Assembly (NCBI GenBank): GCA_020137815.1
Contig: CM035361.1
Location: forward strand, 4,340,001-4,404,000
Length of the DNA: 64,000 nucleotides
DNA from: Hormiphora californensis
Taxonomy: Eukaryota > Animalia > Ctenophora
Direction: 5' to 3'
Shown in pieces: positions 1 through 18,741 of the stretch. Both the position numbers and the translations under genes were made by a program. Each line of letters begins with the position of its first letter. Position 1 is the first letter of the stretch. The notes beneath the pieces were generated by a model, which was not told the origin of the DNA, made no database searches, and saw nothing but the letters and a program-made list of their open reading frames with translations.

Positions 1-1412
1 GCCCTCCCAACTAACTGTGTTACCTGCCACTGCCACCAACTATAAAGGAGAATGTGTGAGTTGTATTGCCCTCCCAACTAACTGTGTTACCTGCCACTGC
101 CACCAACTATAAAGGAGAATGTGTGAGTTGTATTGCCCTCCCAACTAACTGTGTTACCTGCCACTGCCACCAACTATAAAGGAGAATGTGTGAGTTGTAT
201 TGCCCTCCCAACTAACTGTGTTACCTGCCACTGCCACCAACTATAAAGGAGAATGTGTGAGTTGTATTGCCCTCCCAACTAACTGTGTTACCTGCCACTG
301 CCACCAACTATAAAGGAGAATGTGTGAGTTGTATTGCCCTCCCAACTAACTGTGTTACCTGCCACTGCCACCAACTATAAAGGAGAATGTGTGAGTTGTA
401 TTGCCCTCCCAACTAACTGTGTTACCTGCCACTGCCACCAACTATAAAGGAGAATGTGTGAGTTGTATTGCCCTCCCAACTAACTGTGTTACCTGCCACT
501 GCCACCAACTATAAAGGAGAATGTGTGAGTTGTATTGCCCTCCCAACTAACTGTGTTACCTGCCACTGCCACCAACTATAAAGGAGAATGTGTGAGTTGT
601 ATTGCCCTCCCAACTAACTGTGTTACCTGCCACTGCCACCAACTATAAAGGAGAATGTGTGAGTTGTATTGCCCTCCCAACTAACTGTGTTACCTGCCAC
701 TGCCACCAACTATAAAGGAGAATGTGTGAGTTGTATTGCCCTCCCAACTAACTGTGTTACCTGCCACTGCCACCAACTATAAAGGAGAATGTGTGAGTTG
801 TATTGCCCTCCCAACTAACTGTGTTACCTGCCACTGCCACCAACTATAAAGGAGAATGTGTGAGTTGTATTGCCCTCCCAACTAACTGTGTTACCTGCCA
901 CTGCCACCAACTATAAAGGAGAATGTGTGAGTTGTATTGCCCTCCCAACTAACTGTGTTACCTGCCACTGCCACCAACTATAAAGGAGAATGTGTGAGTT
1001 GTATTGCCCTCCCAACTAACTGTGTTACCTGCCACTGCCACCAACTATAAAGGAGAATGTGTGAGTTGTATTGCCCTCCCAACTAACTGTGTTACCTGCC
1101 ACTGCCACCAACTATAAAGGAGAATGTGTGAGTTGTATTGCCCTCCCAACTAACTGTGTTACCTGCCACTGCCACCAACTATAAAGGAGAATGTGTGAGT
1201 TGTATTGCCCTCCCAACTAACTGTGTTACCTGCCACTGCCACCAACTATAAAGGAGAATGTGTGAGTTGTATTGCCCTCCCAACTAACTGTGTTACCTGC
1301 CACTGCCACCAACTATAAAGGAGAATGTGTGAGTTGTATTGCCCTCCCAACTAACTGTGTTACCTGCCACTGCCACCAACTATAAAGGAGAATGTGTGAG
1401 TTGTATTGCCCT
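1..1412. repeat. 67-bp tandem satellite, ~21 apparently identical copies, continuing off the left edge
   Basis: Unit GCCCTCCCAACTAACTGTGTTACCTGCCACTGCCACCAACTATAAAGGAGAATGTGTGAGTTGTATT repeats with period 67. Confidence 0.98.
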
Positions 1413-2215
1413 TTGGTACCATTGCTACCTATATCTCTATGGTGGGCGGACTCTAGTGCTAACGGACTCTTTATCTAAATTCAAGGCGGACTCTATATCT
1501 AAAAGCGGACTCTTTATCTACAGTAACTTCAGTACAGTGAGTGTACATGTGGTGCCTCTTACTGAACAATCAATAAAAAACCATCAAAACAAGCTAAAAA
1601 CACGTAATTTTTTGTGAAATATCTTCCTCTCACTAATACCGAACTCTCTCTCTACCTCCTTTTCTCTCTTTTGATATGCTTATCTCCACTAATCTCTCTC
1701 TTATCTTTCCCGATTGCAGCACATATTTTCTCGATATGTCGGATAATTTCGCCCTTGTTCTAGGTGTGGCCCTTTCTGTCGTAGTGAGAGTGCGTGCGCC
1801 TCTTATTGCTTGGTTGCTGAGGTGTGGGTGTGTGTGTGTGTGTATTGTGAGATGCAGGTCTGTCATTGGCTAGTGCGCGCACGTGACCCCCACATGACCT
1901 TTCAGTTCAGTACGAAGAGCACATACAGCACCGTACTGATCTTTTCTGAGCTAAGCTCACGTGAGATTGTGTACTGATAGTCCCACCGATATTTATCAGT
2001 AAGAGGCACCACATACGGTAGTGCGTACTGGAGTTTGCACCGAAAGTGTTGTATGTGCTAGTGAGAACTGAAGTTAGAGGCACCACATACGGCGGTGCGA
2101 ATTTCAGTACAGTGCTGTATGTGGTCCCCCTTACATGGCGCGCACGTGAGTTCTTGCTAGCAACGGGGCGGGAGCCTATTCTTCGCGGAGCGAGAATAGG
2201 TTGCAATGGAGTCAA
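1413..2215. mobile_element. Non-autonomous TIR element (same family as 41873-42415)
   Basis: Ends TTGGTACCATTGCTACCTAT...ATAGGTTGCAATGGAGTCAA are imperfect inverted repeats. The right end (~2137-2215) is the reverse complement of ~41873-41950. No clean TSD is visible. Confidence 0.55.
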
Positions 2216-2223
2216 TATGTTAT

Positions 2224-2318
2224 CCGCCACCAACTATAAAGGAGAATGTGTGAGTTGCCTTCCCGCCACCAACTACAAAGGAGAATGTGTGAGTTGCCTT
2301 CCCGCCACCAACTACAAA
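2224..2318. repeat. 39-bp minisatellite (~2.5 copies) related to the 67-bp satellite
   Basis: CCGCCACCAACTAYAAAGGAGAATGTGTGAGTTGCCTTC shares its core with the 67-mer. Confidence 0.9.
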
Positions 2319-3235
2319 GAGAAATCCGATGTTTCTGTATAGTTGAATGATGATAAGTATAATAGCTGCTTTGGCGCCATGTTGACTTTGTGGGATTTCT
2401 GTTCAACATGAAAAACTGTGTCACTGATATAATACCCGCGTTATTACATATAAACGCGGTGAGTAATTTGTTTGGTGAGTTTTAGTATATTATTCCTTTA
2501 GCTATCAATTACCCAATATAGGTATTACTCATTTAGCAACTATACCCTAGTAAAGGTCTTGTGACCATTTCTGGTGAAAATTGGCCAATTTACAAACATA
2601 AATACTCCAATATTCAACAATATGCGCGCATTTTCGCTGGAATGGCCCATAAATGCGCCCATTTTCGCTGACGAGCGCTGGCCATGGCTGAATCTGAGAG
2701 TTAAGACGCAATTGAGTGGCCATTCAATTCCATGAATTTGACAATACATGCTCCGTAGACCTCATTAAGTAACGGCTAGCAGCGATACTAAATTGCTTCC
2801 CATGCTGTTAGTACGTTGTAGCTTTATTGAGATGTTGTTAGTACTGTGCAGTAGCGGACCGATCTCACCCCCCACATTGAGTTACTACTCCGTAGTTCCT
2901 TTATAGCTAACTACGTTACAAATATCATATAGCTCCGCCCTCAGTCCGATCTCCTTTATATATTAACTCCTTATATATTATGTAAGATGGTATCTTTCTG
3001 GCCTAGCAAAATGATAACTTTACAATATTGTAGCATCTTCCCAAGTTTTTACGGCCCTATAATTAGCAGACTGCTAATAGCAGTACCTCCCAAAATTCCT
3101 TTCCTGATTCCTCATAATAGCAACTTAACACCGCTCGATCGAAAACACATATTGTATGATATCCTGATATCTAGATTTATTATATTAACTAATTAATTTC
3201 TGTTAGTTTCACTTTATAACTTCCAAGAGGGGCAT

Positions 3236-6200
3236 ATGACTTCGCTGACTTGTATAATTCTGGTGGTCAGTTCTGTGCTGCTGACATTGACAGTTCATGC
3301 AGAGGAAAAATGCATTTATGAAAACTTGGTATGCTCCCATATGTGATTATCAATTAGTTAATTAATGAGGCAATTAGTTAATTAGTTAATTAATGAGCTG
3401 CGAGTTGTTATAGCTAACAGTGTGATGTGTTACAGGAGAAGAGTATTGGAGATACATGGATGGATGAGGAAACTTGTGGGCAATGTGCGTGTGTCACGGG
3501 GGCGAGCATTGTCTGTGACCAAACTGTGAGTTAATATAGATAATAGATACATTATACATTATACATGGGCTTTAGAATATAGTTATTGGGATCTGTTGTA
3601 CTAATAAAAGTCATGTGTCGCCATCTTCCCCGCAGCTCCTGTATATTTAGGTGCCGGCAGGCACCTCCGACCCGAAGAAAACAGAAAAAACGAAAAAAAA
3701 ATTTTTGCCCCTGCACCAAATCCAAAAAGTGACGGCCCTATTTAGGTGCCGGCAGGCACCTCCGACCCGAAGAAAACAGAAAAAACGAAAAAAAAAAATT
3801 TTTGCCCCTGCACCAAATCCAAAAAGTGACGGCCCTATATAGCAGAAGAATAGAAGATTTTCGGGGGGGGGGGGGGGGGGGGGGGGGCAAATTTCAGGCA
3901 GCGATTGCGGCCACATCGTTTGAGATATCGACCTGAAATTTTGTAGGCATGTTCTAGTAGTATAACTACGTGTCATAACGTGGCCGGATTTTTGATTTTT
4001 TAATTAATTAATTAATTATAAGCTATCAAAATTTGCCCCTGCACATTGCCCCTGTACATTTTGATTTTTTGCCCCTGCACGCGTGCCCCTGCACACGGTT
4101 TATCTTCCGTTCTGCTTGAAATATCGACTTGAAACTTTGTAGGAATGTTCTTCAATCATAAAAAATGATATTCGAAAAGTGGGAGTATTGAAAATTAATT
4201 AATTAATTAGTTATAGGCATGCAAAAATGGACTTTTTTAGGGCCCCCTGCACTTTTTTTGAAAATGTACAGGGGCAAATACCCCTGCACATTTTTTGCAA
4301 TTTTGATATTCAAACTGTGGCCAAACCGTTTGTTTTTTCGAAATGAAACTTTGTATGCATGTTCTAGTAGTATAACTACGAGTCATAAAAAGGCTGGATT
4401 TCTTATTTTTAATTTAACTAATTAATTATAAGTAATTAAAATTTTGCCCCTGCACCATCTTTCCCCTGCACCGCTGATTTCGACCCCCTGCACATTTCCT
4501 GAACAAGGCAACTAAAAATGGTATATTTTCTGTTCTGCTATAAATAACGACCTAACATTTTGTAGTAATGTAGTTCATGCATATAGAAAGATCGACAAAA
4601 AGTGGGAATAGTCAAAATTAATTATCCAATTAATTATAAGCAATTAAAATTTTGCCCCTGCACATTTTGCCCCTGTACATTTGCGGCAAATGTTGCCCCT
4701 GCACATTTTCGGTAAATTTGATATTCGAACTGTGGCCACACCGTTTGATATTTCGAAATGAGACTTTGCATGCATGTTCTAGTGGTATAACTACGAGTCA
4801 TAAAAGAGCCGGATTTCTGATTTTTTAATTAATTAATTAATTATAAGTAATTAAAACTTTTGCCCCTGCACAATTTTGTTTGCCCCTGCACAATTTTTGC
4901 AACTTTGATATTCAAACTGTGGCCACACCGTTTGAAATTTCGAAATGAAACTTTGTATGTATGTTCTAGTAGTATAAATACGAGTCATAACGGAGCCGGA
5001 TTTTTGATTTTCTAATTAATTAATTAATAATAATCAATTAAAACTTTTGCCCCTGCACCAATTTGCGCCTACACAAATTTGATATTCAAACTTTGAGCCT
5101 TTGTGAAAGTAATGAAAATTATTTATTTCAGGTTATGATGAACAATAAGCTATAAAAATGCCCCTTTTTGTTACACAAGCCTGTGCTTGGTATCGAAGAC
5201 ACCTCACACTCTGTCGCCGGGCGACCTTTGCACGCGCTGGCAAGGGGTAACTTCGTAACCAAAGCCTGTGCATTGTGCACAATGAAATGGATAAATTTCA
5301 TCCAGTGGCTGGCGGTAGAACTTGAGCACCTCTAAAACAAATAAGAGCATCAACTTAATTAATTATTTATTAACGTGGTGAGATAAGAAATTGATTTTGT
5401 TCTGCTCCCACTAACTACAAGGGCATTTCACATTTTGGTGCCATTATTTTTGTCTCTATTTTTAATAGGATTTACAATTTTATTTTGGTATTAGACTGAA
5501 TGTATGGGATTAGATCATTTGAGAAGTAGTGAAGATTTGAAATATGTTAGCAACTTGCCGGTTCGACAAACTAAACCCATATGATTCCAACTTCGGGTCG
5601 GACGAGGGGAAGCTTGCCTTTTGCGAACATATAGCAGAAGAATAGAAGATTTTCGGGGGGGGGGGGGGGGGGGGGGGCAAATTTCAGGCAGCGATTGCGG
5701 CCACATCGTTTGAGATATCGACCTGAAATTTTGTAGGCATGTTCTAGTAGTATAACTACGTGTCATAACGTGGCCGGATTTTTGATTTTTTAATTAATTA
5801 ATTAATTATAAGCTATCAAAATTTGCCCCTGCACATTGCCCCTGTACATTTTGATTTTTTGCCCCTGCACGCGTGCCCCTGCACACGGTTTATCTTCCGT
5901 TCTGCTTGAAATATCGACTTGAAACTTTGTAGGAATGTTCTTCAATCATAAAAAATGATATTCGAAAAGTGGGAGTATTGAAAATTAATTAATTAATTAG
6001 TTATAGGCATGCAAAAATGGACTTTTTTAGGGCCCCCTGCACTTTTTTTGAAAATGTACAGGGGCAAATACCCCTGCACATTTTTTGCAATTTTGATATT
6101 CAAACTGTGGCCAAACCGTTTGTTTTTTCGAAATGAAACTTTGTATGCATGTTCTAGTAGTATAACTACGAGTCATAAAAAGGCTGGATTTCTTATTTTT

Positions 6201-7612
6201 AATTTAACTAATTAATTATAAGTAATTAAAATTTTGCCCCTGCACCATCTTTCCCCTGCACCGCTGATTTCGACCCCCTGCACATTTCCTGAACAAGGCA
6301 ACTAAAAATGGTATATTTTCTGTTCTGCTATAAATAACGACCTAACATTTTGTAGTAATGTAGTTCATGCATATAGAAAGATCGACAAAAAGTGGGAATA
6401 GTCAAAATTAATTATCCAATTAATTATAAGCAATTAAAATTTTGCCCCTGCACATTTTGCCCCTGTACATTTGCGGCAAATGTTGCCCCTGCACATTTTC
6501 GGTAAATTTGATATTCGAACTGTGGCCACACCGTTTGATATTTCGAAATGAGACTTTGCATGCATGTTCTAGTGGTATAACTACGAGTCATAAAAGAGCC
6601 GGATTTCTGATTTTTTAATTAATTAATTAATTATAAGTAATTAAAACTTTTGCCCCTGCACAATTTTGTTTGCCCCTGCACAATTTTTGCAACTTTGATA
6701 TTCAAACTGTGGCCACACCGTTTGAAATTTCGAAATGAAACTTTGTATGTATGTTCTAGTAGTATAAATACGAGTCATAACGGAGCCGGATTTTTGATTT
6801 TCTAATTAATTAATTAATAATAATCAATTAAAACTTTTGCCCCTGCACCAATTTGCGCCTACACAAATTTGATATTCAAACTTTGAGCCTTTGTGAAAGT
6901 AATGAAAATTATTTATTTCAGGTTATGATGAACAATAAGCTATAAAAATGCCCCTTTTTGTTACACAAGCCTGTGCTTGGTATCGAAGACACCTCACACT
7001 CTGTCGCCGGGCGACCTTTGCACGCGCTGGCAAGGGGTAACTTCGTAACCAAAGCCTGTGCATTGTGCACAATGAAATGGATAAATTTCATCCAGTGGCT
7101 GGCGGTAGAACTTGAGCACCTCTAAAACAAATAAGAGCATCAACTTAATTAATTATTTATTAACGTGGTGAGATAAGAAATTGATTTTGTTCTGCTCCCA
7201 CTAACTACAAGGGCATTTCACATTTTGGTGCCATTATTTTTATTTGTCTCTATTTTTAATAGGATTTACAATTTTATTTTGGTATTAGACTGAATGTATG
7301 GGATTAGATCATTTGAGAAGTAGTGAAGATTTGAAATATGTTAGCAACTTGCCGGTTCGACAAACTAAACCCATATGATTCCAACTTCGGGTCGGACGAG
7401 GGGAAGCTTGCCTTTTGCGAACATTAGATAATATACAATACATATTGTACTACAATCTCATGATTGTACAATCTCATGAACCTTGCTTCCTATTACAGGT
7501 TTGTGAGTCAGAGTGTGGTCACCATGCTGAGAATTCTCTTTGGGATGAGAGCTGTGGTAAATATTGGTGCGCCCATGGACGGAGGATACTGTTGGAACCC
7601 TACAGCTGCTAA
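3236..7612 (+). CDS. Small secreted cysteine-rich protein, 98 aa, VWC-like; 3 exons
   Basis: Exons 3236-3328, 3436-3525 and 7499-7612, both introns GT-AG and phase 0: MTSLTCIILVVSSVLLTLTVHA-EEKCIYENL|EKSIGDTWMDEETCGQCACVTGASIVCDQT|VCESECGHHAENSLWDESCGKYWCAHGRRILLEPYSC*. Signal peptide plus a C..G.TW....C..C.C.....C pattern as in VWC repeats. Confidence 0.8.
3646..7422 (-). mobile_element. Helentron/Helitron2-like non-autonomous element, tandem dimer (period 1790 bp) in intron 2 of the VWC-like gene
   Basis: Asymmetric 12-bp subterminal IR TCCGACCCGAAG/CTTCGGGTCGGA and 3' hairpin AGGTGCC-TGCC-GGCACCT. Copies lie at 3646-5628 and ~5629-7422, with the terminal ~95 bp duplicated at 3646-3836. 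Many internal GCCCCTGCAC motifs; no coding capacity; homologous to 38551-40105. Confidence 0.7.
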
Positions 7613-7686
7613 ATATTCCGATCTTAAAGTGTTTGATTAAAATATTGAATTAATTAGTAAAAAGTATTACATGAGTATGTATTTAC

Positions 7687-14984
<7,298 letters not shown>

Positions 14985-15795
14985 CTAGAGGAGAGGCCGG
15001 AGAGGCAGGAGAGGAGAGGCAGGAGAGGCAGAGACTATAGAGAGGGTGGGTAACTTGAGATAAGCTCATTGGATGCCTCTAGATAAGGCTGACACTTCTC
15101 CAATGACGTCTTGAGTTACGTATCGTGGACACAGTGTCAGGCGACTCTAATGATGTAAATCTCAAATTAGCTGAAGCTGCATGGAGATCATATAATGGAG
15201 ACAGTAAATTATAGGATTTTTGAAGCCTGATCAGTATAACAGATCATCCACCATTGCATGTCATTACGAAATACGAATCCTAATTCCTATAAACGAGATT
15301 GATGCTATAACAAATCATTGGCAGGTTTTACACAACAAAAGACCAGCCGATCAAAACAATTGTGCGGTGATTGGGGAGTGATTGTGCGGTGATTGGGGAG
15401 TGCAATTACAAGCTTGTAATCACTCCCCAATCAACAAGTTAATATGATTTCATCAGCCTATTGAGTTAGTGGTGAGAAGGAGTGGTAATTTTACAACTCA
15501 CAATTACACTATATTATACACGAGCGATAATACATCTTTTTCTCATGTTTCTCTCTTTCTCCCTAGCTCTCTCTATCCGTACCTTTCTCTCTCTCTCTCT
15601 CTTTCTCTCTCCCTACCTTTCTCTATAATATCTCTCTCGTTCTATTGTCTGCCTAGTTTTTCTACAATCTACGGTTAAATTATGGGCACTATAATTATAA
15701 TACATAGCACTGTCTGAAAATGGAATATATTCTGCGAAGTGACGGAGTCTTCAGTCTAATTATACTCACTCAATTATAATAAAGGGCGTGTCTAG

Positions 15796-16028
15796 TTTAG
15801 GTGCCGGGAGGCACCTCCGATTCGAAGAAAACAGAAATAAAACGATTTTTTTTTGCCCCTACACCAAAATCCAAAAATTTACGGCCCTATTTAAGTGTCG
15901 GCTGGCACCTCCGAACCGAAGAAAACAGAAAAAACAGAAAAAACGAAAAAAATTTTTGCCCCCGCACAAATCCCCAAAAGTGACGGCCTTTTTCAGGTGC
16001 CGGCAGGTACCTCCGACCCGAAGAAAAC
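15796..16028 (-). mobile_element. Three tandem copies of the 3'-terminal ~95 bp of the Helentron-like element
   Basis: AGGTGCCGGCAGGCACCTCCGACCCGAAGAAAAC variants at ~15799, ~15893 and ~15995. Confidence 0.75.
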
Positions 16029-16697
16029 TGTAAAGTGTGGCGCGTCTCATTACGGTATAATAATGCGTTACCGTTTCTCCACTGCCAGCTACTACTATAG
16101 AGACCTCGGCTCTTAACATAACAATTAATGTCAATTTGATGTCTGGTTACATTAACAACACGACGGCTAAGTTTTTTAAATAAATATTATACAGCTTATA
16201 GTTCTCATACATACAGCAAATTGTTCATTTATACATGTGTAGTTGAACACTCTTTACTGTTTCAATTCTGAAATATAGCATTCTAATCAGCGGAATATAT
16301 TAATATACAGCTTCAACGTCATGGGCATAATGGGGTCGAACACCAATCGTTAATTGGGCCCAAATATTATACCCTGTCGGCCGGGTAGTGCTACTCTCAC
16401 GTTATATGGGTTACTATAATAAAGGTGTGAATAGAAGCAGAACTAGGTATCTATCTTGATATACATTATACGTATAATAAAGAGTCATTAAATATGTATA
16501 TTAATATTAACAATGTATATGTTTCGTGTGTACAGATCTGTAGTGTGAAATCTAGGACCTCAGAACTCCAAACTCTCTTAGAATCATCATGTTATACTGT
16601 CTCTATAATCCAAACTCGGAAAATGGTGAATTGAGCGCTCATCTGACAAGTTTCCTTTCCTCTTGTACCGTTGAATGTCTATTATCTGCTGTTTTCT

Positions 16698-16729
<32 letters not shown>

Positions 16730-16815
16730 CTGTCTGGCGCCGCTGACCCCATCTGAGCGCTGCACTGCAGTAGGGGTCTGTCACTGCATCAGACAAACAG
16801 TTACTTTCATATTGG

Positions 16816-17693
16816 CTAAGATGCCACTGGCATTGATGTCACATTACTTGCCTCTATGACAGACACTTTGTTATGACGAAACTTACTACAGATCATAGAC
16901 TTCAGTTGCAGTAGGCAACCTATCACCTGCTTTCTCAGGATGACCAGTGGATTTAGAGCCGCGTTAACCACAGTTAAAATGTTCATAATGAACTCAGCGC
17001 TATGATAGTTAATAAAACTTTTCATCAACGACTTATAGTTATATAGGTATAGGTAGTGGTACGTATTATAAATTAGTAATCCCAACGCCACCAAGCCACT
17101 AATATTGGTGATGAGGAACACAGCACCCAGTAGAACAACTGTAACGGCAGCGTTCCTGCGTTGCTGATCTCTTTCTGTTGCGACGTCTGTTTTTCGGTTG
17201 AGTAGGATGCCTGTCCAAACTGTTAGCACAAGGTTAACAAGTATTACTACAATTGTAAAACTACAATTAATTAGTAAAACTATAAGTATTTCGTAGAAAC
17301 CACATATGCATCATGTGTCGCAAAGATAATCCCTAATTGTGGGATTGTTCCCGTAGCCAACAGCATAGTAGAGATTGACCAGAATAACATCTTGTTTATT
17401 TGGTAAAAGGGCCGGGACATAACCAAAAGTCGAGCACCCCCAATAATACAAGTCCAAAGTGCAGAAGTCTGATTGGCAATGATGTTTATCAAAAACAGGG
17501 TCCATGGATCTGTAACTTCAGTGTACAGAGTTCCGGTAACACAAACACTGAGATCAATACAGTTTAAAACCATGTAGAGTTGCCTCGGGAACCCTTTTCT
17601 TCTAAAGTTGTAGTACAGGGAGTACACGTTGCTTAGGATACCAGCCGTTCCTATAGCAACCACGGACCATGCTTGAGCTTGAGATTGTTCCAT
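16816..17693 (-). pseudogene. Intronless class-A (rhodopsin-like) 7TM GPCR with a 1-nt frameshift (pseudogene or assembly indel)
   Basis: ORF 17693-17280 has TM1-4 (GILSN, LNCIDL, ARLLVMSRPFY). The adjacent frame continues FYEILIVLL...RNAAVTVVLL...VNAALNPLV to 16816. The shift lies between 17310 and 17283. Confidence 0.8.
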
Positions 17694-18087
17694 GTCTAAC
17701 TGGTGTATAAAAATAAGAAGTAGGAGCTGAGCAATTACATAGTGGAAGTCTTTCAAGGACCATAAGCAAATCTAAGACTACCTTGCAGTAAATTGATCAT
17801 GTCTCTAGAATGCAGAAATAAAAAAGACGATACATAATTTGCAAAAGTTTCTGAAGATTTCCTAGAAAATTAGGGCTAACTATAAGGTCATTATAGCTAT
17901 AGTGGTTACTAAGCAGAGCTATTCCGAATCAGCTTTTCGAAATATTTTAGCTGTCATATTTGGGTATGGGAACCAACCAGCTAGGCCAAAATTTCAAAAT
18001 TTAGACCTCTCATTTTCTTTTGCATCATAAAATTACTAATAGTAATATAATAGTAAAGTCGATTAGCTCACCTCCTATGATTTCTGG

Positions 18088-18238
18088 TAAGCGGTAAAGG
18101 TTGACCCGTTTCCTGAGAATTTTAAACGGTTTTGGCCATAACTCAGCCATTTCTTAACCATGATAGGGTCAAGAAATGGCTGCGTTATGGCCAAAACTGT
18201 TTAAAATTCTCAGCAAACGGGTCAACCTTTACCGCTTA
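18088..18238. mobile_element. Hairpin MITE
   Basis: ~70-bp arms TAAGCGGTAAAGGTTGACCCGTTT... / ...AAACGGGTCAACCTTTACCGCTTA. Confidence 0.7.
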
Positions 18239-18741
18239 GTCGCTTACCATGATTTCTGTGAAACTTTTCCCATGGGCCATGGCATATGGGACCTTAAAAG
18301 TGGTAAATATGGCTGTTTGGTTAAAGTCTTGAAAACTTTAAACTTTCGGTTCGATAATTATCGCTAATTTAATTTACTCTGGTTGTATTGTACTGGCAGT
18401 ATTTTCTCTGTTTAAAGTAAAACTCATGAATTTGTTTTTATATAAAGTTTAAAAATTGCTATAGCATATGAACTCAGAAAGAAACTGATAAAATATAGCA
18501 TGCTGTACTAAAGCACATGAAAAGAGATACAATGAACTGCGGCTTTAGATATAAGTATAAAACTATATTGTATTGCCCGGAAACGTGAATCATCAGTAAA
18601 CAGTTGATAGTTTTGTGCTCGTTTAATTGTGGACTGTGGTAAACGAACTTCATACACTCGAGTTTTGTGAAATTTCCCTGGGATATAGACTTAAAATTGT
18701 GTGGTTAGGTAGATCATGTTGCGATCAAACCACACATCGCG

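Noticed and set aside
1-1412. CRISPR-like array
   Set aside because: Units are identical end to end with no unique spacers, there are no cas genes, and the context is eukaryotic.
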